Notes: generated by a model from the sequence alone, not told the origin. A stretch of 64,000 nucleotides of DNA from Myxococcota bacterium (GCA_965228475.1 OZ245817.1:4096001-4160000), one strand, 5' to 3'. Positions 9,291 through 19,508 are shown, counted from the stretch's first letter. Translations and numbers: made by a program.

Positions 9291-12200
9291 GCGGCGCTCT
9301 TCGACCCCTCCGGGTGCATGCGTCGGCGCCGCAGGCGCGCCAGGGCGAGCAGTCCGATCAGCTCGGGGCCGAGCCCGCAGCCCGTGCCTTCCTTGTTCAC
9401 CGAAGCGTTCGGGCATTGCGGGTCCGGATCGCTGAAGCCACCGCCGTCGAAATCGGTGAAGCCGTCGCCGTCGTTGTCCAGACCGTCGCTGCAGGCGGGA
9501 TCCTCGCGAAGCCCGCCCGGGAGGAGGCAGCCCGGGTCACCCCCGACGTCCGCACGGTAGTCCCCGTCGTTGTCCCGGCCGTCGTCGCACACCATCACGT
9601 TCGTGCGCTCGCTCGCGTCGGCCGCGTCGTCGCAACCCGGATCGATCAGATCCACCCGGCCATCGCCGTCGTTGTCGATGCCATCGTTGCACGCGGTTCC
9701 GGCGCCCTCGTAGGCGCAGGCCGCGTCGCACACGCCGTCGATCCCGTTCTGGGCGCCGTGGTCGCACCCCTCGCCGTACTCCTGGACCCCGTTCCCGCAC
9801 ACCTCGCGGTCGCAGGCATCCCCGATGCCGTCGCCATCGATGTCTAGCTGGTCGCCGTTGGCGACGTCCTGGCAGTTGTCGATGGGGTCGGCGAGACCGT
9901 CGCCGTCGGCGTCGGCCGCGGTGGCAATCACGAGGACGTCGAGGTCGCAGGTCGCACCCGCGTTGCACTGGGCATCGCTATCGCAAGACCCATCCCCGTC
10001 CGAGCAACGGCCCCGGGTCACGTAGCGCTGGCGGCCATCCTCTTCCTCGCGGATCGAGGCGAAGAGTTGCTCCGGGTTCGACTGGTCCGCGACGCAAACC
10101 TCGGATGCGGAGCACTCATCGTCCGTCAAGCACGGGCCGGTGAATTCCTGGCAGGTGAACGTTCCCGGAGAACCAGGCTGAGGTGCACAGAACTGACTAC
10201 CGCTGCAAGTCACGGGGTTCTCCGGTGCACAGATCGTCCCGGTGTCGGAGAGGCAGCCGCCGGGTGGGAAGTAACAGGTGCTCCCTCCGGTGCAGTCGAG
10301 ATCGCTCGCGCAGCCTTCGCCCGTCGCGGTGCAGAACCCCCCGATGGCTCCGCCGAGGATGTCGCACGCGTCTCCCATCGGCGCCCCAGCAGCCAAGGCA
10401 CCGGCGTTGAAGTGCTGGAGCACGAGGCTCAGAGGCCCCCCGCTCTGGTCCAGGTCGTTTGTCCCCTGCTGCGCCTCGAGGGTGAGGAAGGTGACCTTGT
10501 CGCCCAGAACGCGGTAGGGGACACGCGGATCGCAGGCTTCGACCGGGCACGGAATCGCCGACTGGTTCGAGTTGTAGGTGCGGCCGGTCGCCAGGTCCAT
10601 CACGTGGATCACGGCGTCCAGCAGGTCGGCGTCGGCGACCCCACCGGGAATAGGCGGAACCACGCCGTTGAGATTGACGCCCTCCCCCGCCTCACTGACC
10701 CGAAAGGCGATGATCTGCTCACCCAGGACGAAATCCTCGACTGCGGGGTTGAAGCGCGGTGCGCCAGTTTCGTCGAGGAAGAGAACGGGCTGGCCGGCCC
10801 CATCGTAGACGTGCAGCACGCGGTCGAGCTGATCACCGTCGCCGTTCAGCGCGGCACCTTGGTCAGCCTCCGGGACGGTGAATGCGACGTAGTCACCCCG
10901 GGCCTGAACGTCGTCCGCCGCCAGGAAGAGACTCTGCCAGGTCGCATCGGTGCCGGTTGCCGTGTCGTTCAGGTGGACGACGAAGTCGTCCATGTCGGCA
11001 TCGCCGTTGAGGAACAGGCCTTCGCCGGCCTCGGAGACCAGAGCTGCGACCCACGCGTCCGAAACCGCGACCTGCGATGCCGCCAGGCCGAGGTTGACGG
11101 GACTCCCGACCTGCCGGTTCCTCCACAGGTGGACGACCGAGTCGTCGAAGTCGCTATCGCCATTGAGATCGAGGACCGGATCGGCGGCTTCGTCGCGGAG
11201 CCAGACGGCCGTCCCGTCCGCAATCTGCACGTCCTCGCCCGGGCCAAGGAAGGCCGCGGCTGGCATCGCGGCCTGGGTGTCGAGAACCGAGAGCAGCACG
11301 TCCTCGGCGTCCCCGTCGGAGTTCAGGTCGGCACCGAGATCGAAGCGATCGACCGTCGAGATCATCAGCGTATCGTTGTCGTTGAAGGGCGCGATGGTGT
11401 CCCGCACCACGATGCTGGTGGCATCCGCCGAGACGGGCATCATCCAGGGCCCATCGGCCAGACCCAGGACCAGCGCGTTCCCCCGGAGGCCGGTCTCGAA
11501 ATCGGCGGTCTCGATCCCGAAGCGGGTGAAGCCGACCCGTCGTCCCGATGGATCGAGGCCCAACGCTTGATCGTCGACGACGCCGAGATCCACGATGTCG
11601 ATGCCGTCCGATTCGTCGAAGACACCGTCCTCGTCCGCGTCGCGGTCGACGACGATCGCAGCGACGCACGAGGTGAAGGGACACTCACCGTTCGCGAGGA
11701 AGCTCACGAAGCGCCCGTCGTCGGAGACGTCTGTGAGCTCGACGACGTTGCTCACCCCGGGAAGGGGCATGATCGAGGACACGATGGTCGCGGCGGTGAT
11801 CGTCCCTGGCTCGTCCAACAACCCGTCGTCGTCGGAGTCGCGGTCGAAGACGACCACTTCCGCGTTCACGTTGAGGAAGGCCGCGATGAATCGACCATCC
11901 GGCGTCATCTTGAGCGGCCGATTCGTGGTCGGCAGACCCAGGCCGGCCTCCGTGCCGAGGTCGATCACGACGTTCGGCGGAGCGATCTCATCGTAGATCC
12001 CGTCGCCATCGGGGTCTCGATCGGTGACGAAGACTCCACCGACGAATCCGCCGCCAACCTCGTTTCCGCGCAGGGCGGCGACGTGGCGCCCATCGGACGA
12101 GATCTGCGGAAACACGGTCGCGAAGATCGGCACCGCGAAGTCGAGCAGCGTGGTCGTCGGCAGCCCGGGGCCGGGCCCCTCGTCGAAGATGCCGTCCTCG

Positions 12201-14908
12201 TCGGGGTCCCGGTCTCGCACGTAGACGTCGAAGTTCCCGTCGACGTCGCCCGGCCCGAGGGATCGCGTCGCGAGAGCGAGATGGCGCCCGTCGTCACTCA
12301 GGTCTGCGCCGCCGAAGGTGTAGATGGGGAACGGGTCGCAGATGCCGATGCAGCCGATCTCTGCCCCGGTGTCGGAGAGGCTTTGCCTCGTGATCTCGGT
12401 GGCGCCGGCCTCGTCCAGGATGCCGTCCGCGTCGGTGTCGCGATCCAGCACGAAGTGATCGGGGTCGAAGTTGGTGTCCCCAGCGACCAGGTTGTCGGCA
12501 TCGCTCTCGAAGATCAGGAATCGACCATCGGGCGTGATGTCCCCCGGGAAGGTCATCGAGTTCGGAGCCGGTTCGGGCGACAGCACGACGGTGCTCCGGA
12601 CCGCCGAGTCGAGCTCCGAGCTGCGGTAGAAGAGCAGACCGTCAGAAAGGCGTAGCGGCGCGTCTGCCACCTCCGGGAGGGCGTCGAGTGCCGGGGGCGT
12701 GCCCGTCACGAGCGCGACGGGAGACCCAGCCTCCAGCCGGAAGGCGCGGAGTACGCCATCGACCGTGTCTCCGTCGAGAGTGGAGTCGGAATCGCCCTCG
12801 CCGTACTCGGACTCGACCATCGCCAGGACGTCACCTTCGACGTCGAAGGCCGGGAAGCGGTAGGGGAACACGCGGACCCGCGTGCTTGCACGCCCCGCGG
12901 CGCCCGGAGCGCCGATCTCGACGACCTCGCCCGTTTCGGCGTCGACCATCGAGACGATCGTGGTGTCGTCCTGGTCGCCGTCCAGGTTGAGGTCTGCCGA
13001 CTCGAGGGGCTCGGACCGGACGAACATGAACAGATCGTCGTTGGCGACGAGGCCATCGATCGCTGCCGGGTTCGCTGCCTCGGCCGTGTAGTCGACGCTC
13101 GACAGCAGGACCGGGCCCGTCCCCCCCGCGGAGTAGCGATCGCTGAAGTCGAAGTTCGAGGGTCCGCACTCCCCGCCCGGGCAGGCGCCGTCGCCCGAGC
13201 AGACCAACCCGTCCCGGCTTCCGCCGCGGCAGCGCGCCCGGACGCAGGTCGAAGCCGGGCACTCGAAGTCCGCGATGCAGGCCAGAGCGCCTCGCGGACC
13301 ACCGGCACACTCCTTGAACTCAGGACTCCGGCGAAGAACCCGGATCACTCCGATCTCGGCGTCCGTGGAGCCGAACAGGGTGGTGTCGGAACTCTGGGGG
13401 TCGGAAATCGGGTTGAACAGCGGATCGACCCGCAGCCCTTTCTGGGAAAGCGACTGCAGGAAGCGCAACCCGGGTACCTGGATGGGCGCACCGAGTGTCT
13501 GATTGACCTCCGGTGGGGTGCCCGTGAACGCGGCTACGGAGGTACTGACGCTCACGAGCCGGGGAATGGGCAGGGTCCGGGGCTGAACGAGGACCCCGCG
13601 CCAGTCCACCGGCACGACGACGTTGCCCTCTGCATCGGTCGTGAACTGGACGTCGACACCGCTGTTGTTGCAGCTGACGGAAGGATTGGTTGCGGTGCAG
13701 ATGTCCTGGAAGTCGTTGGGTGCGGGAAGCGCCGTCAGCCCGGCGAACTGTGGGTGGGCGTTCGCGGCGTCGGTCTCACAGGTCCCGTCCTGCGCGTAGA
13801 TCTCGTCCGTACACGCGATGAGACCGGCCGCGGGGCCGAGGTCCGCGCAGCGGTTCGTTGCCAGTTCGCACGGCAACGGACCGCCATCGAAGGTCACCGC
13901 GACGGAGACGGGACCGGCGAAGGACGTTGCCGGGAAGTCCAGAGTCAGCCGATCCGTCGTCGCCGTGATCGCCGGATCCTCGACGCAGGTGGGCATCGGC
14001 CCGCCGAGCTCGGCGCCGCAAGCCGCCAGCTCTGCGGCCATGGCGGCGCAACCCCCGGCGACGGGAGTGACCACCACGGCGTTCGAGGGTCCGGCGGGCG
14101 GCTCGAAGACGAAGGTCACCACGTTGGGCGTGCTCGTCGATTCTTGGAGCGTCAGGTTGTCGATGCCGTAGGAATCGCATGAAGCGTCGCCCAGCTCGCC
14201 GAGGATGAGGACGCTGCTGACGTTCGAGAGCACCTGGTCCCACGTCTCGGCGCCCGCCGCGAGGCTCCAACCGGGCGGCGGACTGCTGCCCGGCGCGACG
14301 GGAATGCTGAAGCTCCCCCAGCTCCCGACGGGAATCGCGTCGATCTCGGCCTGTGAGGGCTCGTACTGGTAGGTGGTTCCAGCTCCGGAAAGGACTCGAA
14401 CGAGCGGGATCGGCACCGTCAGACGGGCGCCTCCGCAAAGACTCACGATCTGGTGGTCCCACGCAATGCCGGTGACACCACGCGCGATCCAGTCGCCGTC
14501 CCAGCTCGAGGGCGCGCTGACACCGGCGTCGGTCGTCGGTGCGATGTCCTGGCCGAACACATGGCCATCGGGGTTGCCACCGGGCGATTGCCAGAAGAAC
14601 AGGTCGTGGAAGCCGCTCACCAACCAGCCCTCGAGATCCGCCGCGAACGGGCTGACCAGCGGGCTGGGCATGCTGTTCGGGAAACTCGTGCCCGCCTCGC
14701 AGCCGGCGGGGGCATCGTCGAGCGAAACCACGAGTGGATCGCCGGCGCTCGCGTACACGCGGTTCAGGCTTCCGACGGCGCCGCGGAACTCGGTCTCGGG
14801 TTGGGGAATGACGTCGCAATACGACACGGCGGGGGTCGGCTGGAGGACGAGGACCAGGGCGACCGCCACGGCCGCCCGAAGAGAGGTGGTGCGAACGGAG
14901 ATCTTCAT
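9287..14908 (-). CDS. Giant secreted surface protein, paralog 2 (same architecture, GCGLGPEL-TM-RRRR tail)
   Basis: Start MKISVRTT at 14908; shares SYCDVIPQPETEFRGA, VDWRGVLVQPRTLPIPRLV and AIPCPVEACDPR blocks and the C-terminus with paralog 1. Confidence 0.85.
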   Translation of the reverse strand: MKISVRTTSLRAAVAVALVLVLQPTPAVSYCDVIPQPETEFRGAVGSLNRVYASAGDPLVVSLDDAPAGCEAGTSFPNSMPSPLVSPFAADLEGWLVSGFHDLFFWQSPGGNPDGHVFGQDIAPTTDAGVSAPSSWDGDWIARGVTGIAWDHQIVSLCGGARLTVPIPLVRVLSGAGTTYQYEPSQAEIDAIPVGSWGSFSIPVAPGSSPPPGWSLAAGAETWDQVLSNVSSVLILGELGDASCDSYGIDNLTLQESTSTPNVVTFVFEPPAGPSNAVVVTPVAGGCAAMAAELAACGAELGGPMPTCVEDPAITATTDRLTLDFPATSFAGPVSVAVTFDGGPLPCELATNRCADLGPAAGLIACTDEIYAQDGTCETDAANAHPQFAGLTALPAPNDFQDICTATNPSVSCNNSGVDVQFTTDAEGNVVVPVDWRGVLVQPRTLPIPRLVSVSTSVAAFTGTPPEVNQTLGAPIQVPGLRFLQSLSQKGLRVDPLFNPISDPQSSDTTLFGSTDAEIGVIRVLRRSPEFKECAGGPRGALACIADFECPASTCVRARCRGGSRDGLVCSGDGACPGGECGPSNFDFSDRYSAGGTGPVLLSSVDYTAEAANPAAIDGLVANDDLFMFVRSEPLESADLNLDGDQDDTTIVSMVDAETGEVVEIGAPGAAGRASTRVRVFPYRFPAFDVEGDVLAMVESEYGEGDSDSTLDGDTVDGVLRAFRLEAGSPVALVTGTPPALDALPEVADAPLRLSDGLLFYRSSELDSAVRSTVVLSPEPAPNSMTFPGDITPDGRFLIFESDADNLVAGDTNFDPDHFVLDRDTDADGILDEAGATEITRQSLSDTGAEIGCIGICDPFPIYTFGGADLSDDGRHLALATRSLGPGDVDGNFDVYVRDRDPDEDGIFDEGPGPGLPTTTLLDFAVPIFATVFPQISSDGRHVAALRGNEVGGGFVGGVFVTDRDPDGDGIYDEIAPPNVVIDLGTEAGLGLPTTNRPLKMTPDGRFIAAFLNVNAEVVVFDRDSDDDGLLDEPGTITAATIVSSIMPLPGVSNVVELTDVSDDGRFVSFLANGECPFTSCVAAIVVDRDADEDGVFDESDGIDIVDLGVVDDQALGLDPSGRRVGFTRFGIETADFETGLRGNALVLGLADGPWMMPVSADATSIVVRDTIAPFNDNDTLMISTVDRFDLGADLNSDGDAEDVLLSVLDTQAAMPAAAFLGPGEDVQIADGTAVWLRDEAADPVLDLNGDSDFDDSVVHLWRNRQVGSPVNLGLAASQVAVSDAWVAALVSEAGEGLFLNGDADMDDFVVHLNDTATGTDATWQSLFLAADDVQARGDYVAFTVPEADQGAALNGDGDQLDRVLHVYDGAGQPVLFLDETGAPRFNPAVEDFVLGEQIIAFRVSEAGEGVNLNGVVPPIPGGVADADLLDAVIHVMDLATGRTYNSNQSAIPCPVEACDPRVPYRVLGDKVTFLTLEAQQGTNDLDQSGGPLSLVLQHFNAGALAAGAPMGDACDILGGAIGGFCTATGEGCASDLDCTGGSTCYFPPGGCLSDTGTICAPENPVTCSGSQFCAPQPGSPGTFTCQEFTGPCLTDDECSASEVCVADQSNPEQLFASIREEEDGRQRYVTRGRCSDGDGSCDSDAQCNAGATCDLDVLVIATAADADGDGLADPIDNCQDVANGDQLDIDGDGIGDACDREVCGNGVQEYGEGCDHGAQNGIDGVCDAACAYEGAGTACNDGIDNDGDGRVDLIDPGCDDAADASERTNVMVCDDGRDNDGDYRADVGGDPGCLLPGGLREDPACSDGLDNDGDGFTDFDGGGFSDPDPQCPNASVNKEGTGCGLGPELIGLLALARLRRRRMHPEGSKSAA

Positions 14909-14958
14909 GGTTGCGTCCCTCGTCATGGACGGAGCTTCCGCGATCTTCGCCGGTAGCT

Positions 14959-14976
14959 CTGTGAACCACTTCACAG
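14959..14976. promoter_or_regulatory. Perfect CRP-type box CTGTGA-ACCACT-TCACAG
   Basis: TGTGA-N6-TCACA 10/10; centre ~60 bp upstream of the ATG at 14908; flanks conserved with the 9132 site. Confidence 0.82.
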
Positions 14977-15059
14977 GAGACCCGGAAAGTCGGGTCCCCG
15001 AAGGAAGAGCGCCCTGGGGCCGCATTGTACCTGGGCGCGGGGGTCTCATGGACCGCGGG

Positions 15060-18000
15060 TCAGGCCCGGGGGCCGCGCAGTCCCATTCCGGCTAGTGCAC
15101 GATCGACCCGCTCGACCTCCGGGAGCATCCCGAGCGCCTCGGCTTCGGCGCGGGCCCGGAGCCACCAGCGGCGGGCGCCCCGGGCATCGCCGATGAGCGA
15201 ACGGCGCGTTCCTTCGAGGCGCTGGATCTCGGGCCGGCGCAGGGCCACCCAGCCTCCGGCGCGCAGCGCTTGCCGGGCGACCCTGCGCGCGAGCTGCCGG
15301 TCTCCCCGGCCCTCCGCGAGGGCATCGAGCTCGCACAGCAGCCGGGAGCGCAGCACGACCGCCTTGTGGAAGGGAGGCACGAAGGCGGTCGCCTCGGAGA
15401 GCAGCGACTCCGCGGCGGTCAGGCTGCGCTCGGCCTCCTCCCGCCGCCCGAGGCCCAGCTGGGCCTTCGCCTTGTTCCCGAGAGCCAGGAGGTTCGGGAG
15501 CGGGTCCGGCTGCTCGCTGAAGTGCGCCTCGGCCGCCTCGATCGCCCGCTCCCATTCTTCCCGCTCGAGCGCCAGGAACGTCTCGAGCGCCCGCACCGTG
15601 GCCTTCGCCTGCTCGAACTGGAAGAGTTCGGCCACATGCTCGAGGCGCGCGATCCCCGTGCGCGCCTCCTCGAACCGGCCCTGCATGATGCGGCGCTCGG
15701 TCTGCAGGCCCAGGTAGTTGGTGACGTCGAAGAGCTGGCCGTCGCGGATCCGGTCCTCGAGGAAGTCGACGGGCAGCTCGTGTGCCGCGCTCCAATCGCC
15801 GGCCAGCGTTTGGTGGGTGGCATTCATCATGCCGTAGATCATGCGCTCTTCCGGGTCGTCGGCGTCCACGAGTTCCCGGGCCTGGGCGAGGAACCGCTCG
15901 CTGATGGCGAAGGAGACGCCGCCGAAGGAGAAGATCCCGACGCTCGATGCGAACTGTCCGCCGGCGAGCGGAAGCGTGCGCGGGTCGACGTCTCCCAGGC
16001 GACGCACGGCGTCCATCCAGTCGAAGAGGTAGCGGTCCGTCGCGTTCGTCGTCTGCGCGCGCGCGCGCTCGTAGACGAGCTCCTGGATCTGGCGTTCCGT
16101 TTCCGTCGCCCCGCGACGCGCCCTCCCGAAGCGGCGGAAGTAGACGCGGCCGAGGATCAGCGCGAGGTCGCGCACGAGGCGGAGGTTGCGGCGAATCGGC
16201 TGCTTCGCTCCGACCACGCCATGGCATTCGAGCGCCGCGTCGAAGTGGAGGATGGCCTCGGCATAGCGGCCGCGGTTCACGAGAGCCAGGGCCATGTTCC
16301 GCTCGAGCAGGCCGAGCTTCTCCGAGCGGTCTTCCTCACCGTGGAGATTGCGGAACAGGGCGGCGGCGTCCTCGAAGAAACGCAGTGCCTCGTCCGATGC
16401 CGCGGAGCGCGCCGCTTCGTCGCCGGCCGCGAACAGGTGGTGCTCGGCGCGCTCCACGTCCCCCGCACGACTGAAGTGGTGCGCGAGCATCGCGTGGGCA
16501 CCGGGCTCGTCGCCGTCGAGCCGCGCCTCGACGGCGCGGCCCACCTGGCCGTGCAGCTCGCTGCGCCGGCCCTCGAGCATCGAGTCGTAGACGACCTCCT
16601 GGATCAAGGGATGCTTGAACTGGAACTCGCCGGCTCGCCCTTCGCGGCGTTCGATCATCTCCGACGTCTCGAGGCGCGCCAGGTCGCCCTCGACCGCGCG
16701 GCCCTCCACATCGGCGAGGACATCGCCCTCGAAGGCGAAGCCGATCGCCGACGCGACGCGCAGGAGGTCGCGCCCCTCCCGGCCGAGACGGTCCACGCGG
16801 GCCATCACGACCTCCTGGAGGGTTCCGGGGACGGCGACCTCGTGGATCCGGGGCGTCGCGACGAGTCGGCCGCCGCGCTCTTCGAGCGCGCCGGCGTCCC
16901 GCAGGCCGCGGACGACCTCCTCGGCGTAGAAGGGGTTCCCCGTCGCCCTTTGTTCGATCGCCGTGCGGAGCGCGTGGGGCACGTCGGCGCCGCGGAACAG
17001 GTTGCGCAGGAGCTCCATCGAAGCGCCGGCATCGAGGGGCGCGAGGGTGATCTCGGTGTAGGCCTCGGGCAGGCGCTCCCGCGCCGCCGCGCGCACGCGG
17101 TCTGCGGTCTCGGGCCAGCCCGGGCGAGTCACCAGCAGGAAGAGGATCGGCTCGGTCTCGGCGAGCCGCAGCAGGCTCGTGAGCAGCTCGATCGACGACG
17201 CGTCGGCCCAGTGCAGGTCCTCGAAGACCAGGGCCACCGGCTCCCGCCTGGCCATTCCCTGGAGCGTGCGCGTGATGGCCGCGAGGAGCAGCGGCTCGAG
17301 GGCCTCCGGAGCCAGGCGTTCGAAACGCTCACGTTCCTCCTCCGGGAGCGGCGCGCCCAACAGCGTCGAGAGGAAGGGAACGACCTCCTCCGCCTCGCTT
17401 CCGAGCTCCGCGGCCGCCGTGCGCGTGAGCTTCTCGGCGAGAGCGGCCTTGGGCTCGTCGTCGTCCGCGCCGCACCAATCGGCGAACAGGTCCGCGAAGG
17501 GGTGATGGCCGAGCGTCCTTCCGTTCGAGAGCGAGCGTCCCTTGAGCCAGCGGAAGCCCCGTGCCTCCGCAGGGAGCGCCTCCGCGAGCAGGCGGGACTT
17601 GCCGATCCCGGCTTCGGCCACGACCGAGACGATGCCGCCGGTTCCTGCCGCGAGCTCGCGCGTGGCCCGGTTCAGCGCGGCGAGCTCCGCATCGCGACCG
17701 ACGAGGACCGAGCGCACGCGCCCGGGCGCCGACGGCGTCGAACGGTGGAGCTTCGTCGTCTCCGAGCGCAGCTCGTAGGCGGCCTCGCCGTCCGCCCCGA
17801 CCGGCGCATAGTCGAAGTCGTCCCGGGTCGCGCGCGCCGTCTCTTCCCCGACGAAGATGCTCCCGGGCGGCGAGAGGTCTTCGAGCCGCGCGGCACCGCT
17901 GACGGACTCGCCCATCAGCGAGTACTCGCGGATGAGCGGACCGCTCACCTCCCCCGCGATCCCGAGGCCCGTATCGATTCCGATGTGGATCCCGAAGGGA

Positions 18001-19508
18001 GAAGCGAGTCCGCGTTCTTCGTTGAAGGTGGCGACGGCCCGTCGCATCTCGATGCTGGCATTGATGGCCGCGCGCGGCGCATCCTCGATCGAGACCGGAA
18101 CGCCGAAAACCGCCATCACGCAGTCGCCGAGGTACTTCTCGACGGTTCCACCGTGGCGGCGCGCGATCCCACTCAGGCGGTCGAGGCAGTCACTCACCAG
18201 GGGATGCAGGGCGTCGGCCTCCATGCTCTCGGCGAGCGCGGTGAACCCGGAGAGATCCGCGAAGAGCACGGTGGCGCGGCGGCGCTCGGCGTCGTCCGCG
18301 CGCTCGCTGTAGTCGGAAGCGCGCGCTTCGTCCGCCTGGAGCGTCTCCGCGAGGAAGGCCGACTGGATCGCGCGGCCCGGGTTGCCGGCGGCGCGGCGCA
18401 CCACCAGGGCCCGTGCTTCGGGTTCGAGGACGTGTTCGGGTAGTGCGTCGACCAGGGCACCGATGGCCGCGTCGTCGAGCGGTCCAAGGGCAAGCTCGAG
18501 CGGGTCTTCTCCGATCGCCCGGGCCCGCTCGACCGCCTTCGCGGCGGCGTCCGGGAGAGGCGAACGTCCCGCGACGAAGACGAGCGTCGAAGGCGGAAGA
18601 TCGGCCAGAACCGCGGCGAGATCCGTGCGCCGGCCGCCGTCGTCGACGACGAAGATCCCGCCCTCTACCGAGGGCATGCGGGAACCGGCGGGCGGCAGCG
18701 CGCGGATCCTCCGTTCCGGGTGGCGCCTCGTCAGCTCGAGCAGCAAACGGGACTTCCCGGCACCGGGGGGCCCCTCGATCGCGACGAGACCGCCCTCCCC
18801 GGCCGCCTGGCGATGCACGCGCGCGTCGAGCTGCGCGAGTTCGGCTTCCCGCCCGACGAACGGGGCGTAGCTCGCTACTTCGGCGCCGAAGGGCGCGTCG
18901 TCGTCGCGCTGCGCTTCCAGGATCTCTCGGGGCCGGGCGAGGTCCCGCACGCCCTGGAGCTTCACGGCCCCGACTTCCCGCATCACGAAACGGTTGCCGA
19001 GGAGCGCCGCGAGGCCGGCGCCGGCGTAGACCGTGCCGGCGGGTGCGAGCGATTTGATCCGGGCGGCGTGGTTTACGCACCGGCCGAGCACCGAGAACTC
19101 GCGAACCACCGAGTCGCCGAGCGCCCCGGCGAGAACCGGACCGGCCTCGAGGCCGACCTTCACGTCGAGGTCGACCGGCAGCTCGATCCGCTCGGCGACC
19201 TCCCGGACCGAGAGGCGCATCTCGAGGGCGGCCCGGGCCGCCGCCGCAGCCGCTTCCGCGGGCGTGAGCGGAAAGCCGAAGACGGCCATGAGGCAGTCGC
19301 CGAGGTACTTGTCGACGGCGCCACCGTGGCGGCGCGCGACGTCGTCGAGGATGCGCAGGCAGCGCGTGACCACCAGATAGGCTTCGTCGGCCCCGCGAGC
19401 CCGGGCGAGCGCCCCGAACCCGACGATGTCGGCGAACAGGATGCTCGCTTCCCGGTAGCTCGCGCTCCCCCCGGCGCGCTCGGGCGCGCTCTCCTCGGCT
19501 CCGGACAT
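15060..19508 (-). CDS. Class III adenylate/guanylate cyclase-STAND ATPase-TPR protein with two cyclase domains
   Basis: ILFADIVGF..DKYLGDC..VNHAAR; GPPGAGKS; VLFADLSGF..EKYLGDC..VSGAAR; AEAGIGKS, FEDLHWAD, GNPFY; helical C-terminus. Start 19508 (ATG) or 19544 (TTG). Confidence 0.9.
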   Translation of the reverse strand: MSGAEESAPERAGGSASYREASILFADIVGFGALARARGADEAYLVVTRCLRILDDVARRHGGAVDKYLGDCLMAVFGFPLTPAEAAAAAARAALEMRLSVREVAERIELPVDLDVKVGLEAGPVLAGALGDSVVREFSVLGRCVNHAARIKSLAPAGTVYAGAGLAALLGNRFVMREVGAVKLQGVRDLARPREILEAQRDDDAPFGAEVASYAPFVGREAELAQLDARVHRQAAGEGGLVAIEGPPGAGKSRLLLELTRRHPERRIRALPPAGSRMPSVEGGIFVVDDGGRRTDLAAVLADLPPSTLVFVAGRSPLPDAAAKAVERARAIGEDPLELALGPLDDAAIGALVDALPEHVLEPEARALVVRRAAGNPGRAIQSAFLAETLQADEARASDYSERADDAERRRATVLFADLSGFTALAESMEADALHPLVSDCLDRLSGIARRHGGTVEKYLGDCVMAVFGVPVSIEDAPRAAINASIEMRRAVATFNEERGLASPFGIHIGIDTGLGIAGEVSGPLIREYSLMGESVSGAARLEDLSPPGSIFVGEETARATRDDFDYAPVGADGEAAYELRSETTKLHRSTPSAPGRVRSVLVGRDAELAALNRATRELAAGTGGIVSVVAEAGIGKSRLLAEALPAEARGFRWLKGRSLSNGRTLGHHPFADLFADWCGADDDEPKAALAEKLTRTAAAELGSEAEEVVPFLSTLLGAPLPEEERERFERLAPEALEPLLLAAITRTLQGMARREPVALVFEDLHWADASSIELLTSLLRLAETEPILFLLVTRPGWPETADRVRAAARERLPEAYTEITLAPLDAGASMELLRNLFRGADVPHALRTAIEQRATGNPFYAEEVVRGLRDAGALEERGGRLVATPRIHEVAVPGTLQEVVMARVDRLGREGRDLLRVASAIGFAFEGDVLADVEGRAVEGDLARLETSEMIERREGRAGEFQFKHPLIQEVVYDSMLEGRRSELHGQVGRAVEARLDGDEPGAHAMLAHHFSRAGDVERAEHHLFAAGDEAARSAASDEALRFFEDAAALFRNLHGEEDRSEKLGLLERNMALALVNRGRYAEAILHFDAALECHGVVGAKQPIRRNLRLVRDLALILGRVYFRRFGRARRGATETERQIQELVYERARAQTTNATDRYLFDWMDAVRRLGDVDPRTLPLAGGQFASSVGIFSFGGVSFAISERFLAQARELVDADDPEERMIYGMMNATHQTLAGDWSAAHELPVDFLEDRIRDGQLFDVTNYLGLQTERRIMQGRFEEARTGIARLEHVAELFQFEQAKATVRALETFLALEREEWERAIEAAEAHFSEQPDPLPNLLALGNKAKAQLGLGRREEAERSLTAAESLLSEATAFVPPFHKAVVLRSRLLCELDALAEGRGDRQLARRVARQALRAGGWVALRRPEIQRLEGTRRSLIGDARGARRWWLRARAEAEALGMLPEVERVDRALAGMGLRGPRA

